DNA from: a virus
Reading direction: 5' to 3' (one strand)
Length of the DNA: 64,000 nt
IMG/VR virus record: IMGVR_UViG_3300030451_004287
Location: 95,660 to 159,659 of that record
Each line of letters opens with the position of its first letter. Position 1 is the first letter of the stretch. The notes beneath the pieces are model-generated. The model was not told the origin of the DNA. It saw nothing but the letters and a program-made list of their open reading frames with translations, and ran no database searches. Shown here one piece after another: positions 1 through 9,506 of this stretch. The position numbers and the translations under genes were made by a program.

Positions 1-1
1 T

Positions 2-316
2 ATTGGTGATCATGATTACTTAGATGATGATAGTAATCCAAAACTTAATGATCCAGATGATACGAAACTTATGGCAGAAAAAATTATTTACAGTGATGGT
101 AGAGAAGCTTTTTATGTTAAGGTCGGAACATACGGTAAATTGTTTAATCCTATAGGTATGTTTTCAGAAGGTCGTATTAAAAAGTACATGGCTAAGTTTG
201 GTAAAAAAGAATGGACACTTAAAAAAGTAAACCCAAAAGTATTCTCGTATTATGTATCATTTTTAAGAACAAAAAATTTAGCGTGGTTTAATAACGCAGA
301 AAGGGAAATGGAATGA
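2..316 (+). CDS. Hypothetical phage protein, 5'-truncated by the window edge
   Basis: The frame of the 71..316 ORF is open back to position 2 (IGDHDYLDDDSNPKLNDPDDTKL-MAEK...). Its stop overlaps the next start (ATGA). Confidence 0.7.
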   Translation: MGDHDYLDDDSNPKLNDPDDTKLMAEKIIYSDGREAFYVKVGTYGKLFNPIGMFSEGRIKKYMAKFGKKEWTLKKVNPKVFSYYVSFLRTKNLAWFNNAEREME

Positions 317-639
317 AAAAGCTATCTCGTGTCAAAGAATATGCAGCTAGATATTTATTTAGTGAAGTAAAGATGGATTGTAAAGCTATAGCTAAAGAGC
401 TGGGTGTAACCGAAGAAACCATAAGAAATACTTTAGAATTACCTAAAGAAGAGTCTCCATTAAAAACAGTGACATCTAAGACCTCAGATTTTATTAACGA
501 AACGTCTATGAAGGGTACTCAAAATGTTATGATTATGACAGAAGGAGCATCTCAAAGATTAGACGGTATTGCAGAACAACAACGATCACAAGGGCCAAAC
601 CCTAAATATACCAATGTCATCAGAAAAGCCCGCGAATAA
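313..639 (+). CDS. Small HTH DNA-binding protein
   Basis: CKAIAKELGVTEETIRNTL helix-turn-helix pattern; coupled to the upstream gene. Confidence 0.65.
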   Translation: MKKLSRVKEYAARYLFSEVKMDCKAIAKELGVTEETIRNTLELPKEESPLKTVTSKTSDFINETSMKGTQNVMIMTEGASQRLDGIAEQQRSQGPNPKYTNVIRKARE

Positions 640-1048
640 ATATCTCTCTAAATACTCGAACGGCAAAGAGGTGTCTGCTGCTCAATATATTACAGAGATA
701 ATATGTGAAAATAAAGCTCGTATTGAAAAAAAAGATTTACACTATAGGTTTTGGCAAAGTAAAGAATGGGCACAGTTTTATAGAAATCAAATATCATCTT
801 CACATAAATTACTAAAGAAGCATAGTGATAAGGCTATTATAGCAGCATTAAAAGATAATAAAGCTAGGCGAATATTTTCGTTAAGAGCGCCTTCATTAGT
901 AGCCTTAATTAAAAAACATGAAGCTATTATAGAATCGCAAAACACAGAATTAAAAATAAAAATAGACAGAAAGCAAGATTCAACTTATCAGAAGAATAAC
1001 AAGAAAGGTATACTCTCTAAATTAGAGGAATTAGATAATGAGCATTAA
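614..1048 (+). CDS. Hypothetical basic protein upstream of recA (probable start ATG 614)
   Basis: ORF track 569..1048 starts at TTG. The ATG at 614 gives a much shorter overlap with the previous gene. The stop overlaps the recA start. Confidence 0.65.
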   Translation: MSSEKPANKYLSKYSNGKEVSAAQYITEIICENKARIEKKDLHYRFWQSKEWAQFYRNQISSSHKLLKKHSDKAIIAALKDNKARRIFSLRAPSLVALIKKHEAIIESQNTELKIKIDRKQDSTYQKNNKKGILSKLEELDNEH

Positions 1049-2051
1049 GGAAGAAGTTAATAAAAGTTTTGGTGATGATATTGTATTGTCAGCAAATTCG
1101 GTTCTAGATACAAAAGTAATAAACATTCCTATTAGTCCTTCTTTGGATATTATCTTAAACGGCGGAGTACCAGAAGGTAGTTTTGTTATCTTCACTGGAC
1201 AACCTAAGTGTGGTAAGACAACAACATCATTATATCTTGCTGGTAATGCTCAACAACCAGAGTATGGATACGGATCGTTTAAAGATGGTAGAGAGGTTTA
1301 CTATTTAAACATTGAAGGACGCTTAAAGAAAAGAGATTTAGAAGGTATCCCCCACATTAATAAAGATAAGTTTCACATCATTGGTTCTCAACAGGGTAAA
1401 ATTTTACATGCTGAAGAGTACTTACAAATTGCTGAAAAAATTATTAATCAAGTTCCCGGATCTGTTGTTATTATTGATTCGTATTCAGCACTTTGCACAG
1501 AAGCAGAAATTACATCAGATATGGGTAAAATGCAAAGAGCAGACGGTGCAAAACTACTAGCTAAATTTTGCAGAAAAGTTGCTAATGTTATTCCTGTTAA
1601 TAAGAATATAGTGATTGGTATTACTCATCTTATGGGTAATCCTACAGGGTACGGTGCTGAATTTAAAGAAAAGTCTGGACAGGCGGTAGCTTATCAAACA
1701 GATATTAAATTACGAGCAAAAAGATTTAGTCCTTGGAAGGTAGGTAAGGAAGATACTCAAATAGGACAAGAAGTAGAATGGCAAGTAGTAACATCGGCAC
1801 TTGGTTCTCCCGGTGGAAACATTGTTAGCCATCTAAGATATGGCGAAGGTATTGACAAGCATATGGAGTTATTTAGTCTTGCTGTAGATATTGGTTTAAT
1901 TAATAAAGGTGGAGCATGGTATACCTTTTCTTCTTTGCCAGATAGTCCAAAATTTCAAGGAGCAGAAAAAGCTAGAGACTTTTTAGTATCTAAGCCTGAA
2001 GTATATAAAGATTTATGGCATCAAATTAAAGATACAATGGGTCTTAAATGA
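1038..2051 (+). CDS. recA: RecA/UvsX-like recombinase
   Basis: SPSLDIILNGGVP, Walker A GQPKCGKTT, Walker B VIIDS, C-terminal GLINKGGAWY...KFQG. Confidence 0.93.
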   Translation: MSIKEEVNKSFGDDIVLSANSVLDTKVINIPISPSLDIILNGGVPEGSFVIFTGQPKCGKTTTSLYLAGNAQQPEYGYGSFKDGREVYYLNIEGRLKKRDLEGIPHINKDKFHIIGSQQGKILHAEEYLQIAEKIINQVPGSVVIIDSYSALCTEAEITSDMGKMQRADGAKLLAKFCRKVANVIPVNKNIVIGITHLMGNPTGYGAEFKEKSGQAVAYQTDIKLRAKRFSPWKVGKEDTQIGQEVEWQVVTSALGSPGGNIVSHLRYGEGIDKHMELFSLAVDIGLINKGGAWYTFSSLPDSPKFQGAEKARDFLVSKPEVYKDLWHQIKDTMGLK

Positions 2052-2455
2052 ATGTTAAGGACTTAGATGGAAACATTAGTAAGTGGCATTTAACAGGCTA
2101 TATAGCTAAAGGTGCTGTAACAAAAAAATCTAGCTTGCATCTTAAGGCTAGACAGCTTATTAAAGAATGTAATCCAACATTACAGATTTTAGAAGAAGTT
2201 CCAATTAATCCTAGAAGATCCGAAACATTATATTTAGACTTTTATTTACCTCTTACTAAAACTTGTATAGAAGTACACGGTGAACAACACTATAAATTTG
2301 TTCCTTTTTATCATACAACAAAATTAGGATTTTTTAAACATAAAAAAAGAGATCAGGATAAAAAAGATTGGTGTGAAACAAACGGAATAAAGATTGTAGA
2401 ATTGTCATATGCTGAATCACAAGAAGAATGGTTAAAGAAAATTAAAGATGAATAA
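2048..2455 (+). CDS. Vsr/DUF559-like PD-(D/E)XK endonuclease
   Basis: LEEVP...YLDFYLP...IEVHGEQHY...RDQDKKDWCETNGIKIVEL motif string. Confidence 0.75.
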   Translation: MNVKDLDGNISKWHLTGYIAKGAVTKKSSLHLKARQLIKECNPTLQILEEVPINPRRSETLYLDFYLPLTKTCIEVHGEQHYKFVPFYHTTKLGFFKHKKRDQDKKDWCETNGIKIVELSYAESQEEWLKKIKDE

Positions 2456-2942
2456 TCAAACTGCTAAAGAAGAACTTGCACATTGGGATAAATTATTAGA
2501 CGAATATGAGTCTAGTATTGGCCTGCCTGTATATCAAGCAGATGGTTTACAAGAATCACAATTACAAAGCTATTTGCAAATGAGCAGAGATAAGCTAGAA
2601 AAGCTTGGACCTCAAGAGTGTGCTGAAGTAGCATACATTCTTGGTCAATTTTCATTTCACACACAAAGAACAGCTAACAGAGAAACAGCTAGACTTAATT
2701 GGGCAGATGAAACTATTAAGGAAGTTATTGCTGATGAAATCAATAATTATAAAGGATATGGATATATAGAAAAATCTATGCAGGCAATCAAGCATAATGA
2801 AAAAGCTAGTAAACTTAATAGAATTAAAAGATACGCTAAACAAAGAGTAGATAGACTTTGCTATCTGTCTAACAGTATCAAAAATTTATCAGATATTTTA
2901 CTTTCAATTCAAAGGGCGAAAATGGTGAAGCAAAATGGATGA
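2448..2942 (+). CDS. Helical coiled-coil protein, possible UvsY-like recombination mediator
   Basis: All-helical 164 aa protein between recA and the helicase. The function is inferred from context only. Confidence 0.45.
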   Translation: MNNQTAKEELAHWDKLLDEYESSIGLPVYQADGLQESQLQSYLQMSRDKLEKLGPQECAEVAYILGQFSFHTQRTANRETARLNWADETIKEVIADEINNYKGYGYIEKSMQAIKHNEKASKLNRIKRYAKQRVDRLCYLSNSIKNLSDILLSIQRAKMVKQNG

Positions 2943-3264
2943 TCTAAATAATCTGTCTAATGAGCAGTTGAGTTTAATGATTCAAATGCTGCAAAAAACT
3001 TTAGAAGATAGACAACCTAAAGAAACAGACAAAGACACTCGACCAAACAAATTTTTAGATATGCCAGAGTTTTCTATGCACAAGCAAGACTCTATTATAG
3101 ATAAACAACTTAATGTAAGACCACCAACACCTAGAACGAGACAGTTTAAACCTATAGCCGTTCAGTGTAGAGTCTGTGGCAAAAAAGAAACAATAAATCC
3201 AGCACTACTTTCGACAGAACCTAATAGATATAAGTGTAATTCGTGTTCATCAATTCCGGGATAA
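2935..3264 (+). CDS. Zn-ribbon protein
   Basis: C-terminal CRVC...CNSC. Confidence 0.7.
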   Translation: MDDLNNLSNEQLSLMIQMLQKTLEDRQPKETDKDTRPNKFLDMPEFSMHKQDSIIDKQLNVRPPTPRTRQFKPIAVQCRVCGKKETINPALLSTEPNRYKCNSCSSIPG

Positions 3265-3265
3265 T

Positions 3266-4726
3266 ATGAAACTTTCAGACAGTGCTGCCGAACGAGCAAT
3301 CTTGTCAGGTATCTTTAATTATGGTGAAGATGCGTACTTTGACATTTGTGATCTCATACAAGAACAATCTTTTACTATAGATAGTAATATCTATATTTAC
3401 AAATGTTTTAAGCACATTTTTACCAATCATCAAAATCCTAAAATAGATTTAGCCTTAATATTTTCAGCGGCAGAAGAACTTTCTCTTTCTAAAATACTAA
3501 CTAAGAAAGATGAAGTACAACACATTAATGCGATAATTAACTTTCCTGTAGATAAAGATAATCTACGAAAGTTTGCTGCAAAGATAAAGAAATTAGAAAT
3601 AGCTAGACTGTTGCAACAGCAGTTGGAAGAAGCTAAAAACAAAGTTGTTAAAATTAGTGGTAATGAATCTGTTGGTAATATTGTAGGTATTGCTGAAGAT
3701 ATTATATTTAATTTTACATCAATGTTGAATGATGGTGAGGATGCGCCTGCTACGCTAGGTTCAGAAATTGATTCTTATCTAGAAGATATTATTAATAATC
3801 CTATAGATCAAATTGGAATACCAACAGGGTTTCCAGTGTATGATAAAGCTATCGGTGGAGGATTAAGAAAGAATACCGTAAACGTAATTGCCGCTAGACC
3901 TAAAACTGGAAAAACTCTTTTATCTGATAACATGAGTTTTAATATTGCTAACAACTGTGAAGTTCCTGTATTAAATATGGATACAGAAATGACAAGAGAA
4001 GACCATATACACAGAACCTTGGCTATGATGACAGATGTAGAGATCAATGAAATCGAAACTGGTCAATTCGCTAAGTCTCCATCTAAAAAAGAAAAGGTTA
4101 CAAAAGCAGCTAATAAACTAAAAAGCCTTAAAATTTTCCATAAATCTATAGCGGGTAAACCATTTGAAGATCAATTATCATTAATTCGTAGATGGTTAAT
4201 AAAAGATGTTGGATTAAATGAAGACGGAACAGCTAAAGATTGCGTGATATTTTATGACTACCTAAAACTTATGGATAGTCAAGGTGTAAGTCAAGACATG
4301 AAAGAATATCAAGTTCTTGGTTTTATGATGACCCAATTACACAACTTTGCTACAAAATATAAAGTACCAATCGTAGCTTTTGTTCAGTTGAACAGAGATG
4401 GTATTACTAAAGAAAGCACAGATACCGCTAGTGGTTCTGATAGAATTATTTGGTTATGTAGTAATTTTACTATATTTAAAAGAAAGTCTGATGAAGAAAT
4501 TGCTGAAGACGGACCAAATGCTGGTAACAGAAAACTCTTACCTGTAATTAGTAGACATGGTGGAGGTTTAGATGATAATGATTACATTAACTGTCACATG
4601 GAAGGACAGTTTGCAAAAATTAAAGAAGGTAAAACTAGATTAGAACTAATGAATAATATTAACTCAGACTCTGACATACAGGAGTATATTGGTGAAAACG
4701 ATGACCAAGAAATCCCATTCAACTGA
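3266..4726 (+). CDS. dnaB: Replicative DNA helicase (DnaB family)
   Basis: AERAILS N-domain, GIPTGF..YD..IGGG, ARPKTGKT, DTEM, FYDYLKLM, VQLNR, SGSDRI. Confidence 0.95.
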   Translation: MKLSDSAAERAILSGIFNYGEDAYFDICDLIQEQSFTIDSNIYIYKCFKHIFTNHQNPKIDLALIFSAAEELSLSKILTKKDEVQHINAIINFPVDKDNLRKFAAKIKKLEIARLLQQQLEEAKNKVVKISGNESVGNIVGIAEDIIFNFTSMLNDGEDAPATLGSEIDSYLEDIINNPIDQIGIPTGFPVYDKAIGGGLRKNTVNVIAARPKTGKTLLSDNMSFNIANNCEVPVLNMDTEMTREDHIHRTLAMMTDVEINEIETGQFAKSPSKKEKVTKAANKLKSLKIFHKSIAGKPFEDQLSLIRRWLIKDVGLNEDGTAKDCVIFYDYLKLMDSQGVSQDMKEYQVLGFMMTQLHNFATKYKVPIVAFVQLNRDGITKESTDTASGSDRIIWLCSNFTIFKRKSDEEIAEDGPNAGNRKLLPVISRHGGGLDDNDYINCHMEGQFAKIKEGKTRLELMNNINSDSDIQEYIGENDDQEIPFN

Positions 4727-5849
4727 TCAAAACAAACTTAAAGTTTTGTGTGATCTAATGTGTGATAATATTTTTGACTTATTAGATTACTTTGATATTG
4801 ACTATAAAGAAAATGGCAAGATGATTAGCATGCCATGTCCTATTCATGATGGAGATAATAAATCTGCACTTAATATATATCATGAGGGTGACAGCTATAG
4901 AGGTAATTGGAAATGTAGAACTCATGGTTGCGAAGAATGTTTTAAAGGATCTATCATAGGTTTTGTTAGAGGTGTTTTATCTAACAGAAAAAAGAACTGG
5001 ATAAAAAATGGAGATGATGTTGTATCATTTAAAGAAGCTTTAGATTTTTGCACCAAGTTTGTAAATAAAGATCTTGGTGATATCAAAATTTGTGAAGACA
5101 CTAAAAATAAAAAGAATTTTACTAATGTTATTAATAATATATCATCAGATAAACAAAACAATGTACCCACAATTAGTAGAAATAGTATTAGGTCATTACT
5201 AGAAATACCATCACAGTATTATATTAATAGGGGATATTCGACAGATATTTTAAATAAATACGATGTAGGTCTATGTAGTAGACCAAATAAAGAAATGTCG
5301 GGCAGGGTGGTAGTACCTATATACGATGCTAATTATAAAAGTATGATTGGATGTTCAGGTAGAAGTATTTATGATAAATGTAATAAATGCGGAGGGTTTC
5401 ACAATCCAGCAGATGCTTGTCCATCTTCTGAAAATTTGTGGAAATATTCTAAATGGAAACATAATTCTGGATTTAAAGCACAGGATCACCTGTATAACTT
5501 TTGGTTTGCTAAAGAGCATATGGCAAAATCGTCTTTTGCTATAATCTTAGAGAGTCCGGGTAATGTATGGAAGTTAGAAGAAAACGGTATACATAATAGT
5601 GTTGCTATTTTTGGAACAAATTTAAGCGCAAAACAAAAATTGTTATTAGATAGTTCTGGAGCTATGAGTCTTATTGTTATGATGGATAATGATGAAGCTG
5701 GTCATAAAGCAGCACAGGCTATTATAGAAAAATGTAATAGAACATATAATACATATTCTTTAACAGTTGAAAAAAATGATATTGGTGAAATGTCAAAAGA
5801 TGAAATACAAAATCAAATTGTTAATAAAATTAAGGAATTACCATTATGA
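4689..5849 (+). CDS. dnaG: DNA primase (DnaG-like; start may be GTG 4692 or ATG 4701)
   Basis: CPIH...WKCRTHGC Zn domain, GRVVVPI...GCSGR, LYN, Toprim ILESPGNV and MDNDEAG. Confidence 0.9.
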   Translation: MVKTMTKKSHSTDQNKLKVLCDLMCDNIFDLLDYFDIDYKENGKMISMPCPIHDGDNKSALNIYHEGDSYRGNWKCRTHGCEECFKGSIIGFVRGVLSNRKKNWIKNGDDVVSFKEALDFCTKFVNKDLGDIKICEDTKNKKNFTNVINNISSDKQNNVPTISRNSIRSLLEIPSQYYINRGYSTDILNKYDVGLCSRPNKEMSGRVVVPIYDANYKSMIGCSGRSIYDKCNKCGGFHNPADACPSSENLWKYSKWKHNSGFKAQDHLYNFWFAKEHMAKSSFAIILESPGNVWKLEENGIHNSVAIFGTNLSAKQKLLLDSSGAMSLIVMMDNDEAGHKAAQAIIEKCNRTYNTYSLTVEKNDIGEMSKDEIQNQIVNKIKELPL

Positions 5850-6436
5850 TAATAGCATTTGCAGGAAGAAAGCAGTCTGGTAAAGATACATCAGCAGAGT
5901 TTGTGTGCAAATTGTTTGAAACTAGCTTACAAGGCTCGTGTCGTATTTATCACTTTGCTGATCCTCTCAAAAAAAATATATGCATGGATGTTTTAGGTTT
6001 AACATATCATCAATGTTATGGATCTGACGAATCTAAAAATGAATTAGTAGATTGTTGCTGGCCAGATACAAATGAAAAAATGACAGCAAGAGAAGTTATG
6101 CAATATGTTGGGACTGATATTTTCAGAAAAATGCAACACAATGTATGGGCTAGTGCTACTATTAATAAAATTAAGAACGATAATTTTGATCTATCACTAA
6201 TAGCAGATTGTCGTTTTCCAAACGAAGTTGAGGCTGTCAAACAAGCTGGAGGCTTAGTAATTAAATTAAATAGAAATAACTATCACTCTACACATTCTAG
6301 TGAGACAGCATTGGATTCCGCCAACTACGATCAGTCGTGTTTTGATTTGGTTGTTGATAATATAGATTTAACATTAACACAAAAAAATCAAGTCATTTAC
6401 GATTTTTTACAGAATAAGGGAATATTACCATCATAA
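5846..6436 (+). CDS. Deoxynucleoside monophosphate kinase (T4 gp1-like)
   Basis: IIAFAGRKQSGKDT, FADPLK, REVMQYVGTDIFR, DCRFPNE, HSSE. Confidence 0.9.
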   Translation: MIIAFAGRKQSGKDTSAEFVCKLFETSLQGSCRIYHFADPLKKNICMDVLGLTYHQCYGSDESKNELVDCCWPDTNEKMTAREVMQYVGTDIFRKMQHNVWASATINKIKNDNFDLSLIADCRFPNEVEAVKQAGGLVIKLNRNNYHSTHSSETALDSANYDQSCFDLVVDNIDLTLTQKNQVIYDFLQNKGILPS

Positions 6437-7461
6437 TTACATACTTTCGTAGCTCATCATATAATACGCATAATATGTGTGAGCAACAATACTTTTTTGA
6501 TTATGTCTTAGGCTATAAACAGCCATCAAACAAAAAAGCAGATAAAGGAACGATTGTTCACAAAGCTTTAGAAATTTTAGCTTTTATTAAGTATACTGAA
6601 CAACAAGATAAAAAAACGTTTATAGATGATATTATTGGTGAAGTTAATATCAATAATTATAATTTAGATAATATTATTAAACAGGTTTATGACTTTTATT
6701 CAAGTAATTTTACACATCATGAATGGAAACCAATAGATTTTAAAGATTGTTATAAATGGACATACAAAGCTATTAATTATGCTAATGGTATGTTTGATCC
6801 GAGAAATAGAAACATACTATATCCTGAACAAAGATTTGATATAACTATAGATAAACCTTGGGCAAAATATGATTATGGAGATTTAAAAGGTGAACTTGCT
6901 ATTAAAGGCACTATAGATTTAATCACTAGACCTAGCGAAGACACATTAGAAATTATTGATTGGAAAACTGGTCGTAGATTAGATTGGGCCACAGGACAAG
7001 AGAAAACACAGGAGAAATTAGAAAAAGATCCACAGCTTATGATCTATTTCTACGCAGCTAAAAAACTATATCCAGAAATTAAAAATTGTATAGTTACAAT
7101 ATTCTTTATTAATGATGGTGGTCCTTTTAGCGTAAGTTTTCATAATAATGATTTATTAGCCACAGAAGATTTATTAAGAGAAAAATTTAATAGAATAAAA
7201 CAATGTAAGTTACCTAGACTAAGCAAAAGTTGGAAATGCACTAAATTGTGTATGTACGGTAAAAAAACTTTTGAAGATACACATATACCAGTAATTACGG
7301 AATATAGAGATAATCAAATCTGTAATGTTGGAGAGTCAATGACTATGTGCGAACAAGTTAAACACGATATCCAACTAAAAGGCATGAAGGAAGTGGTTGA
7401 CGAATACACAGTTCCCGGTTATAATGTAGGACATTACAAAGCACCCGGAAGTACGGAATGA
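6433..7461 (+). CDS. PD-(D/E)XK exonuclease, AddB/RecB/Cas4-like (first ATG 6475; probable non-AUG start near 6424-6436)
   Basis: SSSYN...C...Y N-motif, GTIVHKALE, EQRF, GTIDL, IIDWKTG, QLMIY, C-terminal Cys cluster. Confidence 0.85.
   Translation: MITYFRSSSYNTHNMCEQQYFFDYVLGYKQPSNKKADKGTIVHKALEILAFIKYTEQQDKKTFIDDIIGEVNINNYNLDNIIKQVYDFYSSNFTHHEWKPIDFKDCYKWTYKAINYANGMFDPRNRNILYPEQRFDITIDKPWAKYDYGDLKGELAIKGTIDLITRPSEDTLEIIDWKTGRRLDWATGQEKTQEKLEKDPQLMIYFYAAKKLYPEIKNCIVTIFFINDGGPFSVSFHNNDLLATEDLLREKFNRIKQCKLPRLSKSWKCTKLCMYGKKTFEDTHIPVITEYRDNQICNVGESMTMCEQVKHDIQLKGMKEVVDEYTVPGYNVGHYKAPGSTE
7397..7425 (+). promoter_or_regulatory. sigma70-type promoter inside the exonuclease 3' end, upstream of dnaE-N
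   Basis: TTGACG-17 nt-TATAAT, ending 32 nt before the dnaE-N ATG. Confidence 0.65.
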
Positions 7462-9314
7462 AGAAATATATACCTTTGCATGTGCATACGCACTACTCTT
7501 TGTTAGATGGTCTCAGTAAACCTATAGATATTGCTAATAGATGTGAAAAAATAGGCGTTCCTAGTTGCGCTATCACAGATCATGGCAATATATCTGGATG
7601 TATTCAGTTCTATTCGACAATGAAAAGTCGTGGAATCAAACCGATACTAGGTACAGAATTATATCTATGCGACCAATCACCAGAGGTCAAAGATAATTCT
7701 AATAAAAAACTTTCTCATATAGTTCTGCTTGCTAAAAATTTGCAAGGATGGAAAGATCTAATCAATATAGTCTCTGCTTCAAATAAACCAGAACACTATT
7801 ATTACAAACCTAGACTTGATCTTAATAGTTTATATGAATTAGTAAATGGAAATATTATATGTTTGTGTGGACATCCCGGATCTTACTTAGCTAATCAAAT
7901 TTATTCAGAGGGTAAGTTCGTAGACGATAAAACTATTGAGTCTAAAATAAAAGAATTACAAGATGTGTTTGGACAAGATAATACTTTTGTAGAAATACAA
8001 ACAATGGATCAAACAAATGAGTATCAACAAAACATAGGATTGAAATTAAGAGACTTTTGTAAATCTAGACACATTAAAACCGTAGCTAGTTTAGACGCTC
8101 ATTACTGCGAATCTGAGGATAGTGCTGATCAAAGAATTTTATTATGTAGTAATCTTAAACTAACACTACCCCAAGTAGCATCAAAAATAACTAATGACGA
8201 AGAGTTTGGATTAAGTAGTTTTTTTAAGTCTGATCAATATCATATTCTATCTCATGAAGAAATCAACGCTGTAAATACAGAGGAAGAAATAGAAAACACT
8301 AACGTTATAAACGAAATGTGTGAAGAATATGAAATACTTAACAAACCTATTTTACCTAACTTTAATTGTCCAGAAGGATTTGCACCAGATGAATATTTAA
8401 GACAATTATGTAGAGATGGCTGGAAAGATAAAATACAAGATAGTATACCAAAAGAAAATCATGGCGAATATGTAGATAGAGTAAAGTATGAACTAGATGT
8501 TTTACAGTCGGCTAACCTATCTAGTTATTTTTTAATTGTTCAAGATATTGTGAACTATCTTCATAAGAAAGATTGGTTACCGGGTCCGGGTAGAGGTAGT
8601 GCTGCTGGTTGTTTAGTATCATACTTAATCGGCATAACTTCAATCGACCCTATTAAATACAATCTAATTTTTGAAAGATTCTATAATGCAGGGCGAAATA
8701 CTAAGGATAGAATTTCTATGCCTGATATTGATGTAGACGTACCAATCAATCATAGAGAAGAAATTATTAATTATATTAAAGATACTTACGGATCTAACAA
8801 AGTATCTCAAATGATTACATATAATACACTAAAAGGTAGAGGCGCACTGAAAGAAGTATTGAGAGTATATGGTAATATATCTTTTGAAGAAATGAATCAG
8901 ATTACTAAATGCTTACCTGATGAAGCTAAGATCGCTGATGAACTTCAAGAAATGAAAGATGAAAATGGAGAAGCGTCAATTATCCAATGGGCATTGGAAA
9001 ATAATTCTAAAAAGTTAAAAGATTGGTGTTATCTTAAAGATGATAAATTAGAAGGGCCTCTTGCCAAACGTTTTGAACAAGCTATTAGATTAGAAGGAAC
9101 TAAATACAATCAATCTAAACATGCTGCTGGAATTGCTATATCTAGACATGATCTGTCAACAGTATGTCCTATGATTTATGATACTAAAACAAAACAAAAT
9201 ATTGCTGGATTAGAAATGAATGATTTGGAATCATTAGGCATTGTAAAATTTGATATTCTTGGTATTGCTTTACTAGATAAAATGATGCAAATTAAACAAT
9301 ATCTGAAAGGTTAA
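7458..9314 (+). CDS. dnaE: DNA polymerase III alpha, N-terminal part (PHP + palm/thumb)
   Basis: LHVHTHYSLLDG, TDHG, YYKPR, DAHY, GPGRGSAAG, FERF, PDIDVD, HAAG, KFDILG; the gene ends shortly after the third catalytic Asp. Confidence 0.95.
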   Translation: MKKYIPLHVHTHYSLLDGLSKPIDIANRCEKIGVPSCAITDHGNISGCIQFYSTMKSRGIKPILGTELYLCDQSPEVKDNSNKKLSHIVLLAKNLQGWKDLINIVSASNKPEHYYYKPRLDLNSLYELVNGNIICLCGHPGSYLANQIYSEGKFVDDKTIESKIKELQDVFGQDNTFVEIQTMDQTNEYQQNIGLKLRDFCKSRHIKTVASLDAHYCESEDSADQRILLCSNLKLTLPQVASKITNDEEFGLSSFFKSDQYHILSHEEINAVNTEEEIENTNVINEMCEEYEILNKPILPNFNCPEGFAPDEYLRQLCRDGWKDKIQDSIPKENHGEYVDRVKYELDVLQSANLSSYFLIVQDIVNYLHKKDWLPGPGRGSAAGCLVSYLIGITSIDPIKYNLIFERFYNAGRNTKDRISMPDIDVDVPINHREEIINYIKDTYGSNKVSQMITYNTLKGRGALKEVLRVYGNISFEEMNQITKCLPDEAKIADELQEMKDENGEASIIQWALENNSKKLKDWCYLKDDKLEGPLAKRFEQAIRLEGTKYNQSKHAAGIAISRHDLSTVCPMIYDTKTKQNIAGLEMNDLESLGIVKFDILGIALLDKMMQIKQYLKG

Positions 9315-9317
9315 ATT

Positions 9318-9506
9318 ATGGTACAGTTTTATGTTATGCCTGAAGGCGATCCGTTTACCTTTAATGGTAAAAGATACAAGAAGATAAAAGAGGAAAGAGT
9401 TAGTTGTTGTAAAATTAAACATAATGCTTTAGACATTGATACTAATGAAAAGATAGCTATACAGCCTAAACAAGAAGTTACACCGGTGAGAAGTCATGAC
9501 GAATAA
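9318..9506 (+). CDS. Small hypothetical protein (CC motif) between the dnaE halves
   Basis: 62 aa; fills the gap exactly and overlaps the next start. Confidence 0.7.
   Translation: MVQFYVMPEGDPFTFNGKRYKKIKEERVSCCKIKHNALDIDTNEKIAIQPKQEVTPVRSHDE

Noticed and set aside
6433-7461. Cas4 / CRISPR-Cas system
   Set aside because: No array or other cas genes; the replication context indicates a recombination exonuclease.
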